Assembly (NCBI RefSeq): GCF_006345805.1
Contig: NC_043010.1
Location: 29,388,001 to 29,452,000 of the forward strand
Direction of reading: 5' to 3'
Length of the DNA: 64,000 bases
Origin: Octopus sinensis
Taxonomy: Eukaryota
How positions within the stretch are numbered: the stretch's first letter is position 1; every line of letters begins with the position of its first letter. A program made the translations under genes and the position numbers. The notes under the pieces were generated by a model, which made no database searches, was not told the DNA's origin, and saw only the letters and a program-made list of their open reading frames with translations. Below are positions 1 to 14,796 of this stretch, piece by piece.

Positions 1-2099
1 TAGGTTGTAGAATTTCTGGAACCACCATTGACACTGGCTTATACTTATTGTCCGATCCCCATATACTGCATTAATATTCCTCGCACTTTCCGTTGCGTTG
101 TTGCCTTTATTGTAATATGCCAAATGTGCTCCTTTGTTACTTCCATTCTAGCTTTGAAAGATAACTGTTAAAATCGAACTGCACTCTTCAAAACTTGCAC
201 TAAGAATAAGGACAAGGTAAAATTACTATCTGCTTTTATAGCAAGTTGATGCAGGTTGTTTATTCCGTCCCCTTCTGGTTTTTAGTTCATGCAATTGAAA
301 AAAAACCGCATTATTTATGGGATGACCCAATATGTAAATGGATATAACATAATATTATATTGTTATTATATTATATTATATATGTGTGTGTGCATGTTTT
401 CGAACGAACACATAAAAGACACACATGCATACAAACACACGCGCATATTCATACATACATCATACATGCTTACATATACATTTGAACTTCTGTACAAAGA
501 AATTAAGACAAAAAGAAAAGATGGATAGATTACACTTACTTCTCTTTATCTTAAAATTACAAGAGGGTCGGTTCTGCATTCGCTCTGTTATGGTGTAACC
601 ATTTATTTCATTCGACACTGTTAAATTCATCTAGAAGGCAATGAAATGCGTCTGCTGTAAGTAACTTTTAGCACAAGAAGTTTCAGTAGAACATTGTAAT
701 TAAAACTTTTGTTAAATCTAAGTATATTTATCGATATGTCCATATATAACATGAATTATATGCAATATTGTGTAATTCTTCTACACAAAGTATATGTATA
801 TGTCACCAAAAATTTAAGCAAAACTTGAATAGGTATAGATCTGGCTGTGTGGTTAAGAAATTTGCTTTCAAACCACCCGGATTCGACTACAATTTATGAC
901 ATTTTGAGTGAATATCTTTCACTAATGCTTGAGTTGTTCCAAAATTTGTAAGTGGAGTTTGGTAGCTGGAAACTAGACGGAAAATTGTCGTACACACACA
1001 CGCACATGTATGTGTTTGTATGTATCTGTGTGTATGCATGTTGGTTTTTATTTTTACTGTTAAATAAATAAAAATCGGTGTTATTGTTTAAGTTGTGTTC
1101 ATTAACATTCCAAAACTTTAAGATTAGACAAAAAAGGTTGAGAATATAAATATCAGACTATGAAATCTACCCTGGGATTGCAATGTGCGGTTAAGCCCCA
1201 TGACAACAATGTCCCAACATTACTGTAATTCAATGGGTGTAACTACTAAAAAATAAAAGCCTTTATTTTTAGGGTAAAGATTATCCAAAACTGCATTTGA
1301 AGGAAATTTAACTGCTATTTCTTGAAGATTAACCATATAGAGGCACCTTTATTTTGGGTTAAAGGTTGTCTATTATACACAATTCTTGGCCAAGCTCTAT
1401 TGTCAAGAGAGGGTTATATAAGGAACTGATCCTTAATTGGTTATTTATTGTTCTCCATAGCATGGCAAAATTAATGGAATATAAGTAATCGAAGTGACAA
1501 CCAGGTGTGATCTCGAAATCTATTACTGCACTTATGTCATTGTCCTAATCCTGACCTACTAACGAACATACTGACATGCAAGAGTTAATTGAATGCTATA
1601 TTCTAGCCATTCTCCAATCCGTTTGTGTACCAGATTCTGGGGGCAATATCTACAACAAAGGTAATCAAAATGAACTGTGAACATTTTATCTAGTTTACTG
1701 AACATTATGCTTGCAGTAATGCTTAATATTAGCATCCTATTTAATCTTTTAGGCTTAATACCTACTGAAAAACAATTTAATGATGCACACATGTAATGTA
1801 TACCTATTGCGTCCCTGAATTACAAGCATGGAAAAAGATAAAAGAATGTATGTATAAATCCACTGGTTGAGCTTTTTGTCTAGCTAGTATTTTTAATATA
1901 GATAACTAGCTATATATGTATAAGTAAATATTTGTGCATATATGTATTTATTTGAGCATCTGCCTGTCTGCCTCTCTCCCTTGGCCTGTCTCTCTCCCTC
2001 CCATCAGTCTGTCTCTCTCCCTCGGTTACTGTTTCTGTCTATCCGTCTCTGTCTCTCTGTCTGTTTCTCTGTCTGTCTCTGTCGGTCTCTCTGTTTCTC

Positions 2100-2410
2100 T
2101 CTTTCTATATATTTATATGCAACGAAGACGAGAGAGACATTCAGTGATATACATATGTAAGATCCTAGAAGGGTTGGCATCAGACTTTGACATACCAGCC
2201 CCCGAACTGGACATCACTGCACCGTTCCAAATGTCCTACCCATCTCATCTAGAATGAGGACCATGTTATGCAAAAGCATGAGATTCAAAGGCTTACTGCT
2301 ACTTAATATCTTGCCAAAGTAGCTTAATATCTTGCCAAAACATAGCGTAGGGGCAGATGGTTTCAAGAAACAATTTGACCTCCCACTGTCCACAGTCCCA
2401 GATAAATTTA
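2100..2410 (+). mobile_element. Degenerate 3' fragment of a CR1/L2/Jockey-like LINE
   Basis: Peptide 'YMQRRRERHSVIYICKILEGL' resembles the 'LYSLERRRER..IY.WKIL.GL' C-terminal motif of such LINE RTs; boundaries approximate. Confidence 0.5.
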
Positions 2411-2572
2411 CATCACGGGAAGAAACTCAAAACAGGGCTGCAATATCGAACTACTCCCACCCCCAAAAGCCAATCACAAAAGAATAGCCACTGAAAAAGT
2501 GTTAATGCTGGCGGTGCTTTAGCATGGCCACAGCCTTCTGTTTTATTTTGGTGGGGATTTACTATATATATA

Positions 2573-2631
<59 letters not shown>

Positions 2632-2639
2632 TGTGTGTA

Positions 2640-3535
2640 TAAGAAATACAAAATGGGACAAGAACGCAAAACATCCAGATAGGCGATACAAAGAAAACAA
2701 AGATGGGTCATTCGGAGTTTTCTTTCCACAGTCGAGTTCCAGATTAGCTTTGCAATTTCGGCTGGTTATACTCGAGATTGTTCGTCTATCTGGATAACAT
2801 ATAGCGACGTACGTACAATTTGGGCTCTTATATGTAAGTATATATTTATCTAAATCTTGTACGACTCTATTTTTTCTATTCTTTTATTCTTTCCTTCTTT
2901 CTCACAGCCCTTTCACGGTTACTTCGTTCATTCCACTCTTCGTTCTTTCTTTCCCCCCTCTCACATTTCCTTGCCTTCACTTCATGCTCGCTTTCCCTCC
3001 TCTTTTCACTTTACTGTGTCCCTGTCATTTTTCTCGCCCCTCCTTATTTCTTCTGTCCCTCTGCCTCTACCTCTCTCTCTTCTCTCTCCGCGTGACCGGT
3101 GTTCGGCCAAGTCTGACCTTTATTTCTTGGTTCGGCCGCCGTCCGTGCAACATCTATATTCCTCCCTGTGCCTGTGAAATATCGTATTCCTGCCGTAAGG
3201 CTTTACTTCCAAACACGCCAGCTTAATTTAATTCGTCTTTAGTCGAAAGACACCTGTTGTTATGTCCTGTTATATGTATTTGCCTAACAATCTCCATTTT
3301 TCCGTCCATCTTTCTGTATACATTCGCTGCTTTCTTCCAAGGAATCTAATACTCTTAGTTTAGTTTTTCCTTGGGGCGGGCCACATTGGAGCAATCTCGA
3401 GAATAACCAGCTGAAATTGGAAAGCTAATCTGGAACTCGACTGAGGAAAGAAAACTCTGAATGACCCGTCCTTGTTTTCTTTATATCATCTGTCTGGATG
3501 TATTGCGTTCTTGTCCCATTTTGTATTTTTAATGT
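2640..3535. repeat. Element with ~145-bp imperfect inverted repeats (2640-2785 / 3390-3535); a related copy lies at ~23175-23335
   Basis: 'aaaatgggacaagaacgca...gtcgagttccagattagcttt' is the reverse complement of 'aaagctaatctggaactcgac...tgcgttcttgtcccatttt'. Confidence 0.7.
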
Positions 3536-3901
3536 ATAACATATAGCGTCATACGTGCACTTTGGTTTCACCTCTTCCTTGGATTTTCTTTACCTCTTGG
3601 ATACTTACCATTGGCTGCACCTCTCTTTCGCGGATCAAAGTGACTTTGCATTGATGTGAAATCCTTAAAAAATATACCACGACGTCTACACATTTCTCAC
3701 CTTGAACTTTCAACCTTGAACTTGTTCGCATAAACTGTCCCGTTTGTTGTATTTTTAACCCTATTATCTCCCCTTATTTCGCTCTCGCGTCTCATGTTTG
3801 ATCTTTGACCTCTGGCCGAAATCAGATCGCCATGTTGATTCGTTAGCTACTGCACGCATTTTTTTTCTCTCCTTCTTTCTGTGTTTTTCTCTCTCTGTGT
3901 A

Positions 3902-3939
3902 TCTTTCTGTTGAAGAGCGTAGGCTCGAAACGTTAAAGA
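3902..3939 (+). ncRNA. Minimal hammerhead-like motif (family A, CUGUUGA core) in a ~180-bp repeat
   Basis: tcttt-CTGTTGA-a-gagc(gtag)gctc-GAAA-cgt-TA-aaga: stem I, stem II and a palindromic stem III (AACGTT). Confidence 0.6.
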
Positions 3940-4030
3940 CTTGTTTTATTTATATTTCCTGAGCGCCATACTAATACAATTGTTCGTTTGTTTTCAGCTG
4001 CCTTCGTCTTTTGTTTATTTTCATAAAGCT

Positions 4031-4070
<40 letters not shown>

Positions 4071-4074
4071 ATAA

Positions 4075-4108
<34 letters not shown>

Positions 4109-4125
4109 CACATACATATATATAT

Positions 4126-4192
<67 letters not shown>

Positions 4193-4235
4193 TATATGCA
4201 TATATATGTTGTGTGTGTTTATATATATATAATAG

Positions 4236-4303
<68 letters not shown>

Positions 4304-4327
4304 TATATATATATATACATATATATA

Positions 4328-5596
4328 CGAGGGGCGTTCAATAAGTAATGCCCCTGACCCACTTCCCATAGTAGTAGAGCAACGACACTTGGCACAGTTA
4401 TTAGTCTTTTCCTACATAGGAACTACCCAGAGTTATGCATTTCTCCCATCGTTTGATACAGCTCTGGAGACCGTTTTTGTAGAAGACCCCAGCTTGGTCC
4501 TCCAACCTCAACGTGACTTCAGAAATCAAGGCTGCATCATCTGGGAAACGCTTTCCTTTCAAAATCAACTTCATGGCCTGGAAGAGGTGAAAATCAGAGG
4601 GTGCAAGGGGAGGAGTTCATAGCTGCACGCCTGTGCTTCTGATCTGGCGACACGCGAGTTGTGGACCGGAGCGTTGTCCTGCAGGAGGAGGATGCCTTTG
4701 CTGATCTTGCCCCGCCTCTTGATTTTGATAGCTTCTCTTAATTTCCTCAAAAGTGAAGCATAATAGGCTCCTGTAATTGTGGTACCCTTTGCCAGGAAAT
4801 CTGTCATCACTACTCCGTCCTGGTCCCAGAAGACTGTGAGCATAACCTTGTCAGCGGAGGGCTGCACCCTTGCCTTCTTTGGAGGAGGTGAGTCACGGTG
4901 CTTTCACTGCATTGACTGGGCTTTGGTCTATGGATCATAGTGATGGACCCAGGTTTTATCCTGTGTGATCAGTCTTTTGAAAGATTTTGACTCATCTTCT
5001 TGGCACATCTCCAAATTCATCCTCGAGCACTCAACGCGTTCTTGCTTCTGGAAAGGCGTGAGCAACCTGGGAATCCATCTGGCAGACACCTTTTGCATAT
5101 GCAAATGGTCATGAAGGATAGTTTCCACAGACCCGGTACTAATCTTGACCTTATGGGCTATTTGGCGAATAGTTATGCGTTGACCTTCCAAAATGTCAGC
5201 CTCAACTTGACGGACAGACGTCTCATCAACGGCAGAAGGGGGCGACCAGATCTGGAGCTGTTTCCACAGAGTTCCGACTATGTTTGAATTCACAATGCCA
5301 GCGTTTTACAAGGTCATATGATGGGGCATCATCACCATAAGTTACTTTCATTTCATCAAAAGTCTCCCGTGGTGTGTGTCCTTTCAAATACAAAAACCAG
5401 ATCACTGCTCGACACTCAACAGGCTCCATTTCACACTTGACTCAGTTCAAACACCTGTAAATCAGAAACCACAATTAGTTCAGAGCTGTAATTCGCCACT
5501 TAATCTATAGAGGTATAAATAAGTGCACATGCAAAATTGCAGCTAGATCAAACAACTGCAAGTGGGTCAGGGGCATTACTTATTGAACGCCCCTCG
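4328..5596 (-). mobile_element. Full-length mariner (Tc1/mariner) DNA transposon inserted in (TA)n
   Basis: Perfect 37-bp TIRs (4328-4364 / 5560-5596, cgaggggcgttcaataagtaatgcccctgacccactt), TA flanks, 1269 bp, contains a transposase pseudogene. Confidence 0.97.
4380..5429 (-). pseudogene. Mariner transposase, frameshifted and with a stop
   Basis: Split ORFs 5226-5429, 4928-5293 and 4571-4867 carry the HTH N-terminus, 'ARWIPRLL', 'ITQDKTWVHHYDP', 'KVMLTVFWD' and 'LLQDNAPVH'. Confidence 0.93.
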
Positions 5597-5675
<79 letters not shown>

Positions 5676-5890
5676 GTATACACATATATATGTAATATAT
5701 ATATATAGTAAAATATGGATTCAGATAGAATCAGGTACTTGAAAGGATATGCACCAGGTAGTGTTGGATAAACCTGTAGTTCCGGCCTATGGTTGGTAAG
5801 TATCAAATAGGATATTCCGATTGTGTACTCAGAGAAAACCAGCCCTATGTGTCCGACAAGTGGTAAATTCCCTTGGTGTATTATAATCAG

Positions 5891-6120
5891 CTCGTTATAG
5901 CTGTTTCTTACGTATCTTTTTAATAGAAGAATGAGAACATTACTCCACTACAAAAAACCGTAATCATCAGAATAAAAGTAATTTTACAAACAAGTATTTT
6001 GGGGATATTCTTTTGTTTGTAAAATTACTTTTCATCCAATAATTACAGTTTTTGTAATGGAGTATTGTTATCGTTGTCATTCTTCTATAAAAAAGATACG
6101 TAAGAAACAGCTCTAATGAG
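5891..6120. repeat. Fold-back palindrome with two opposed HHR motifs (family G)
   Basis: Arms 5891-5990 / 6016-6120; the minus strand of the left arm reads CTGATGA-ttacg...cgtaa-GAAA-cagcta-TA; the right arm core is degenerate. Confidence 0.65.
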
Positions 6121-6614
6121 TCGACAATTATCCATCGTATGTTATTATATATGTGTGTGTGTGTGTGTGTGTGGTGTTTGTATGTATATATATACACCCA
6201 GCGCTCATCAGAAGGACTAGTATGGAAAATAAGGCGACAACTTTCTATTACTTGAAGTCAGGAATTGTTACATCTGGTTTGTTGGTGCTGTGAAAAAATC
6301 GAGAGAGCCCGCAGTTGTTCAGTGGGGAAATTCATCTAGAGTTATACCCCTTGCACAAGTGTCGGAGTGTCTTCACAGTGTAAGGGGTAGCTGCCAGCAG
6401 AAAGAGGATAGAGTCTGAGTGCCGGTAGCATGATGTTAATCTGTGTAGAGGAGAGGCCGGAAAAGGAGATACGGTAGCTGTCCAATCTTAAAATCATGTA
6501 TGGACGTGTACGTGTATATAGATGCATGTGTTTTATACACCCAAACCATGGTTGAAGGAAATAGTAATAGTGGAAGCTTTAATGTTTATAATCACAGTGC
6601 AGTCCGCCAGCATC

Positions 6615-7060
6615 CAAGTACAAATTTTCTTTTATGTGGGCAGGATCGAAAAATTTCGCTTTTACAGATTAGGTATGTATCTAGATGAAGAGAGTTCTTT
6701 AGTGAAGTTCTTTTCTTTCCCAAACATAGCCTGCATCTCCAACTTTTATCGAAGTAAGGCCATCACCTCCCCAGAATTTCAGTAATTCACTTTACCTTGT
6801 AATGCGTGGCTCTTTCTTTTAACGACCATATAAGCCTAACTTGGGTTGTGACATTTCCCTTTCCGGGATATTAAAAGTGGACTTGTAATTGTTAAATCTG
6901 ATCCTCAAAGAACTCTCTGTCACAGGCACATATTTTAACACGTCCGTATGTCTACTGAGATATTTTAACATCATTTGACTTCACCTCCACCTCTTATATG
7001 ACGGTCTTTGTGTGGCACTGGCCAAAGAGTGAACGCTTATACTAAACAACGCTCTTCACC
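6615..7060 (-). pseudogene. Degenerate Penelope GIY-YIG endonuclease fragment
   Basis: Manual translation gives 'LFGQCHTKTVI', 'SLRIRFNNYKSTFN', 'CRLCLGK' and 'KSEIFRSCPHKRKFVL', matching the intact domain at 52417-52848; a CTGATGA remnant lies downstream at ~6204-6210 (minus). Confidence 0.65.
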
Positions 7061-7351
7061 CGAATACCAACATTAACTGTATGTATACATACTCTCTTGC
7101 ATCTATATGAACTTACTGTGATATTGGGACATATGTTCTCTTCTAAAGTGAATACGACATCCTTGCCTCTATCCACATCAGGAACTATAAAGGTTTCTTT
7201 TAGCGGCATCGTGGTATTAAGCGTCTCATTTCTGTCACTAAACATATAACACCTAACTTGTGTATATGAAGATCGGTGTAACGTAACCGTCAGACCTATG
7301 AGAAAGAAAAAGTAGATAGTAAATGATCCTTTAATATATTCAACTAAATCT

Positions 7352-7382
<31 letters not shown>

Positions 7383-7426
7383 TTCGTAACAATATATATC
7401 ATATATATATATATATATATATATAG

Positions 7427-7459
<33 letters not shown>

Positions 7460-8003
7460 ATATATAATATATATATATTGTTACGAACGCAAAAAAAATG
7501 TATCTCTTTTCCATTAGCTGGTTTCGAAACAGTGCTCTAGTTGTTCAGGCCAGCCAGCGGTATTTCCATTGTCTTTGTCAAGAAGAATGGCCGTTTATGA
7601 CCGCGAATACTTGATCTCTTGTTTTCTACGGCCACGGTGAGATTAAAAAAACAACGACACAGTAACCCAGTTTCGCAGCAAAACATGCATAGTTAAGTGC
7701 GGTATACTTATCTTTCTGGCTGCATGGCATGATATATACAAGTAGCCCTTAGTTGCGAAGACGCAGACAGACAGGGGCCTAGAGGCAGACAGACACGGAC
7801 GATTGAAGGGTACTGGCAAGTTGCTGTAGTGGGAAGTTGATGCTGCGGCTAGCCAGGATTGTGGAAGTTCGCATAGGTAAATGAAAGAACTTTGTGTTGT
7901 TAAATGTTTGAAAAGAATAGAGACAGAAAAGAACTTTGTTGCCGTTAAATGTTAAATGCTTTTTTTTTTTAAAAGAAAAGAACTTCGTGTTGTTAAATAT
8001 TTT

Positions 8004-8205
8004 GGATCTTTTCCCTTTGAACGGTAGATCGAGAAATTAATTTTTTGTAACTAAGCACTTTCAAACTTCGGACACTGGTAGAATGTGTCATATAAAACAT
8101 TATTTACTCTTAATGTTTTTGAGAAAAGTTTATATTTTCAAAGTTATTTCGTGTTAAAGTAGTCGTATTTCGGTAATTTCAGCCAATCAATGACGTGTAT
8201 TCATC
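8004..8205 (+). mobile_element. Left-end fragment related to the MITE at 20956-21380
   Basis: Starts ggatctttttccctttgaac and shares 'aaacttcg..act.gtagaatgtgt..tataaaacat' and 'aatttca.ccaatca.tgacgt.tatt'. Confidence 0.6.
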
Positions 8206-9213
8206 AGAGAATCAGTAAGTCCATAATGGTAAGGATACAAGGTAAAAAGTAAAAAAAGTAAAGCCCAAGGCTATATTCAGAAGTTGTGAGATCATATCTT
8301 ATCGCAATTTGATGGAGGAGATAATATAGATAAACGTTACAGGGTGGGGTAGATGGGATGATCCTTATAGCAGGGGTCATGAATTAGAAACTAAAAACTA
8401 TGCAATAGAATAGTAATAAAATTTAGTTAAGGTAAACAGAGTTGGGGAATCATTACGTAATTATATCAATAAAGAAATAATTTGGGTATTAGTTGTGATG
8501 TTATTATTTACTAACAAAAGACTGTCCTCATAATACCCTTATCAGAAGTAGGTAAGATCAATGTCCATCGTACAACGTAATTGGTCAAATAATATTTAAA
8601 AACAGTAGGTCCGTTAAAACCAATGAATAAAATACTAAACAAATTCAAGAAAAATTCAAGAAAAAATTTGTCTGAGTGGTCTAAAATACTAAGGGGGACG
8701 ATAAAAATAAATATGTATGGAAAAGAATCTGTTATTATGTTATGAAAACTTATAAAATAATTTTCTAATTGAAAAAATAATTTTCTAACCGAAAAGAATT
8801 CTTATTTATGTGATTTATAGCTAAAGGGAGGAAACTGTGCAAAACATTTAAATATTAAAATATACGAAAAGCTGTTGGTTTTACCAATAATTTTCGCATA
8901 TTACAATATTTCAATGTTACCATAAATAAGCTTTTAAGATAAATACCTGGTAATAAAATATACGAATACTTGGTAAAATATTACAATGTACGAAAATATT
9001 GAAATACACGAGAAATATTTAAAATATTAAGATATACGAAAAACATATGAATATTTGGTAATCATGTAAGGAAAATAGGTATTATACACTTTCATTTAAA
9101 AAACTGTAGGGTTTATTATATGCATACACTTATATCACTAAATGTATAAACGTAAATACATATAAATACGAACAAATATATGTGCTTGCATAAACGTTCT
9201 GAAAGTTGTATCC

Positions 9214-9280
<67 letters not shown>

Positions 9281-9299
9281 TATATATATATATAAGGGA

Positions 9300-9484
9300 A
9301 AGTTTACTAAAAAAAAAAACAAGAGACGAAGACAAGTGGTGTACAAAACAAACAGATTATTAGTATAGCGCTCAGGAATAGAAAAAGTCTTTTACGTTTC
9401 GTGCCGACGCTCTTCTACAGAACGGTACACAGAAAAAACAAGGAGAGAAAAAAATGTGTGTAGTGGCTAACGATCTATCATGGC

Positions 9485-9551
<67 letters not shown>

Positions 9552-9855
9552 GCATATACACACATGCACGCTGCGTATACATACGATACATACAAACATA
9601 CTCACACACACACAAACATTATATCCGCATACATACATATATATAGTTGGAATTTACAAAAAGAAAGAAAACAAAGGCAGGTGTGTAAACAATAAACATG
9701 TTTAACGCTCGAGAATGTGAGAAAGTCTTTTACGTTTCGAGCCTACGCTCTTCAACAGAAAGGAACACGATAAAATAAACAGAGAGAGAAGAAAAAGAGA
9801 GAGAAGAAAAAAGGAGAAAATAAAAAAAAGCTTTAGTGGCTAGCGGTCAATCATA
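9300..9855 (-). repeat. Two tandem copies of the family-A HHR-bearing repeat (motifs at 9388-9422 and 9726-9762)
   Basis: Reverse complement reads CTGT(A/T)GA-a-gagcgt..gc.c-GAAAcgtaaaaga; flanks match 3855-4030 and 31500-31670. Confidence 0.7.
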
Positions 9856-10000
9856 TATATATTTATTTATATATTCACACACATACACATTACATCCGCA
9901 TATATATACATATATTTATCCATACCCAATATATACATACATATACACATATATATATATACATACACACACACACATATAAATACAAATTGAACTAAAT

Positions 10001-10034
<34 letters not shown>

Positions 10035-10035
10035 C

Positions 10036-10096
<61 letters not shown>

Positions 10097-10589
10097 ACAA
10101 ACATACATGTACACACCCATATGTATAAATATAAATATTATGTGTATGAATATATTCATATATTCCAGCGAAGATAAACAAATGTGGTATAAAAATAAAG
10201 TTAAAGTTAATTGCAATTATAGAGAAACAAAGAGTGTTCAGGCTAGGATAGAGATGAAAGGAATATAATAAACATGTCATATATATATATAATCCAAACG
10301 CTTACTGTTGCAATAAAAAAACAAGTACAAGTGGAGGTAAACAAAAGTTTATCCAAAATTTATATAAGGCAAAAAAGATAACGGAGAAGTGATTCAATTG
10401 ACAACCATCAGTAAGATTTATTTAATTTAATCATAAAAGTAAATGAATAAATACAAGCTTTGGAGTTCAATTTTTGTATGATATGTCAACTGTAAGAGTG
10501 GAGTTGTATTTATTTATTTATCTATTTATTCCGATGATTATAGTAAATTGATCTTACTAATGTTTGTCAATTGAATCTCTTCTCCATTT

Positions 10590-10621
<32 letters not shown>

Positions 10622-10634
10622 TTTATATAGAAGG

Positions 10635-10684
10635 AGCTTCTACAGGACTAGAACTGTTCATTCAAGAGAAATCTTCAGGAAGCT
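10635..10684 (-). ncRNA. Hammerhead ribozyme motif, family B (GAAA reduced to GAA in this copy)
   Basis: Mirror of 14797-14847 with a 1-nt deletion. Confidence 0.6.
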
Positions 10685-11869
10685 AGTTAACAAGAATTGT
10701 ATTGGCATTTATACATTTAGGCAGGTTTAAAGGGGTGTGGTGGGGGACTTTTTGGGGGTAGGCATAGCGCAAAAAATCATTACTTGGGGGAGTGGTCAAG
10801 GAGTCAGTGTTAAATTAGATAGGAGAATAAATAAAAAAATAAAAATAAAAATAAAAAATAAAAAAATAAAAAAAAATAAAAAAATAAAAAAATAAAAATA
10901 AAAAAATATAAAAAATAAAAAAATAGAAATAAATAAATATAAAAAATAAAAATAAAAAAAAAAAAAAAAATAAAAATAAAAAATAAATAAAAAAATAAAA
11001 AAATATATAATATATATATATATATATAAAGGGGGATAGAGTTTTAGGTAAATAAGGAGATTCTCACTTATACATTACACATACACACATATATACATCA
11101 CACATACATATACATCATCTACACAAAAACATATATATGTATACATACACACACTCACTTGCATACACGTATACACACATGTATATATACACACACGACC
11201 ACACATACATATACACACAGGAAAATATATTAACACATACACACACATATACTCACATACACGCATACACACACAAATCATACACACACATGCACACACA
11301 GCACACTAGTCCCTATATACACATATACACATACACACATATAATATATACACCCACACATACACATACATACACATATATATACATACATACACATACA
11401 TATACACATATACATACATACACATATATATATATATATACACATATATATACATATGTGTACCCATGCATACCTACACATACACACATATATATATATA
11501 CATATACAATACAGACCCATTCCCTAATTTTAATTTATTATCTTCGTTTATTACTTTTGTTATCTTTGGCCGCTTGGTCACAAACATCTTGGCTATGACA
11601 GCCAGACCATTTATCGTCTACTGGAAGACAATTACTCATTCACTCACGCACACTCTTTAGCATACACTCACTCATTCGTACACTCATACGCATACGCGCA
11701 CGCACGCGTTATATCATACATACATACATCTACATACATTCACGTATATACACATACGTACGCGTACCTACAGATTCATGTCTACACTCTTAGAAGGCTA
11801 GTCTATACATATACACCAATAAATATAAATACACACACATACATGTACACCTACATACAAATACATACA

Positions 11870-11918
<49 letters not shown>

Positions 11919-12039
11919 GCGTACCTACAGATTCATGTCTACACTCTTAGAAGGCTAGTCTATACATATACACCCATAAATATAAATACACACACATACA
12001 TACATGTACACCTACATACAAATACATACATGTACACAT

Positions 12040-12094
<55 letters not shown>

Positions 12095-12792
12095 TATACA
12101 TATATATTCATACTAACATGCATACTCAAAAATAAGTAAATAGTAAATATATATACGCGCAGTTATTCATACATGCATACTCAAAAATAAATATTAAGTA
12201 TATGTACGTGCAGTTACCTATTATATAGACGGATACATCATATAATAAACTTACACACATAGATATATATAATACATATATATATATATATATTATATAT
12301 ATATATATTATAATATATATATATATATATATATACATACATACATACATACACACACATAATATAAACATATACATACACACATACACCTACATATACA
12401 CATACACACATACATACAATATATATATATATATTATATATATATACACACACACACTCATACACATACATATACATACACATACATACATATATACATA
12501 CTTACACATGTACATATAAATACACACATAGATAACTCTACGTACTACACATACATAAACACACGAGCGTACGCGCATATGTACATATACATATACCCAT
12601 GCACACGCATATATATACATACATACATACCATACACACATGCATACACAACACACTCCACATACATATAATACATACACATATATACACACATATATAT
12701 ATATGTATACATATATATATATATATATTATTATATTATATACACACACATATACATACACACACGTGTGTGTATGTGTGTGTGTATGTATA

Positions 12793-12837
<45 letters not shown>

Positions 12838-13233
12838 ACATATATATATATATGTGTGTATATATGTGTATGTATATATATGTGTATGTGAGTGTGTGTG
12901 TATGCATGTGTGTATGTGTATGTATGTATGTATATATATGCGTGTGCATGGGTATATGTATATGTACATATGCGCGTACGCTCGTGTGTTTATGTATGTG
13001 TAGGTACGTAGAGTTATCTATGTGTGTATTTATATGTACATGTGTAAGTATGTATATATATGTATGTATGTGTATGTATATGTATGTGTATGAGTGTGTG
13101 TGTATATGTATATATATATATATATATATTATATATATGTATGTATGTGTGTATGTGTATATGTAGGTGTATGTGTGTATGTATATGTTTATATATATGT
13201 GTGTGTATGTATGTATGTATGTATATATATATT

Positions 13234-13271
<38 letters not shown>

Positions 13272-13461
13272 GTATATGTATATATCTATGTGTGTAAGTT
13301 TATTATATGTATGTATCCGTCTATATATAGGTAACTGCACGACATATACTTAATATTTATTTTTGAGTATGCATGTATGAATAACTGCGCGTATATATAT
13401 TACTATTTACTTATTTTTTGAGTATGCATGTTAGTATGAATATATATATATGTATATTATG

Positions 13462-13494
<33 letters not shown>

Positions 13495-14796
13495 TATGTA
13501 TGTATATGTGTACATGTATGTATTTGTATGTAGGTGTACATGTATGTATGTGTGTGTATTATATTTATGGGTGTATATGTATAGACTAGCCTTCTAAGAG
13601 TGTAGACATGAATCTGTAGGTACGCGTATATATATATATATATATATATTATCTATATATATGTACATGTATGTATTTGTATGTAGGTGTACATGTATGT
13701 GTGTGTTGTTTTATTATTGGTGTATATGTATAGACTAGCCTTCTAAGAGTGTAGACATGAATCTGTAGGTACGCGTACGTATGTGTATATACGTGAATGT
13801 ATGTAGATGTATGAATATAACGCGTGCGTGCGCGTATGCGTATGAGGTACGAATGAGTGAGTGTACGTGCTAAAGAGTGTGGCGTGAGTGAATGAGTAAT
13901 TGTCTTCCAGTAGACGGATAAATGGTCTGGCTGTCATAGCCAAGATGTTTGTGACCAAGCGGCAAAGATAACAAAAGTAATAAACGAAGATAATAAAATT
14001 AAATTAGGGAATGGGTCTGTATTTGTATATGTATATATATATATGTGTGTATGTGTAGGTATGCATGGGTACACATATGTATATTATAGTGTATATATAT
14101 ATATATATGTGTATGTATGTATATGTGTATATGTATGTGTATGTATGTATATATATGTGTATGTATGTGTATGTGTGGTGTGTATATATATATATGTGTG
14201 TATGTGTATATATGTGTATATAGGGACTAGTGTGCTGTGTGTGCATGTGTGTATGGATTTGTGTGGTGTATGCGTGTATGTGAGTATATGTGTGTGTATG
14301 TGTATATAATATTTTCCTGTGTGTATATGTATGTGTGGTCGTGTGTGTATATACATGTGTGTATACGTGTATGCAAGTGAGTGTGTATGTATACATAATA
14401 TGTGTATGTGTAGATATGTATATGTATGTGTGAGTGTAATATGGTGTATGTGTAGAGGTATAAGTGAGAATCTCCTTATTTACCTAAAACTCTATTCCCC
14501 CCTTTATTATATATATATATATTATATATATAATATTTTTTTTTATTTTTTATTTATTTTTTTATTTTTTATTTTTTATTTTTTATTTTTTATTTTTTTA
14601 TATTTTTTGTTTCTATTTTTTATTTTTTATTTTTTATTTTTTATTTTTTATTTATTCTCCTATCTAATTTAACACTGACTCCTTGACCCTCCCCCAAGTA
14701 TGATTTTTTGCGCTATGCCTACCCCCAAAAAGTCCCCCACCAACACCCCTTTAAACCTGCCTAAATGTATAAATGCCAATACAATTCTTGTTAACT

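Noticed and set aside
7885-8000. Three spaced copies of 'aaagaactttgtgttgttaaat' (CRISPR-like spacing)
   Set aside because: Only three degenerate units with low-complexity spacers, in a eukaryotic context with no cas genes
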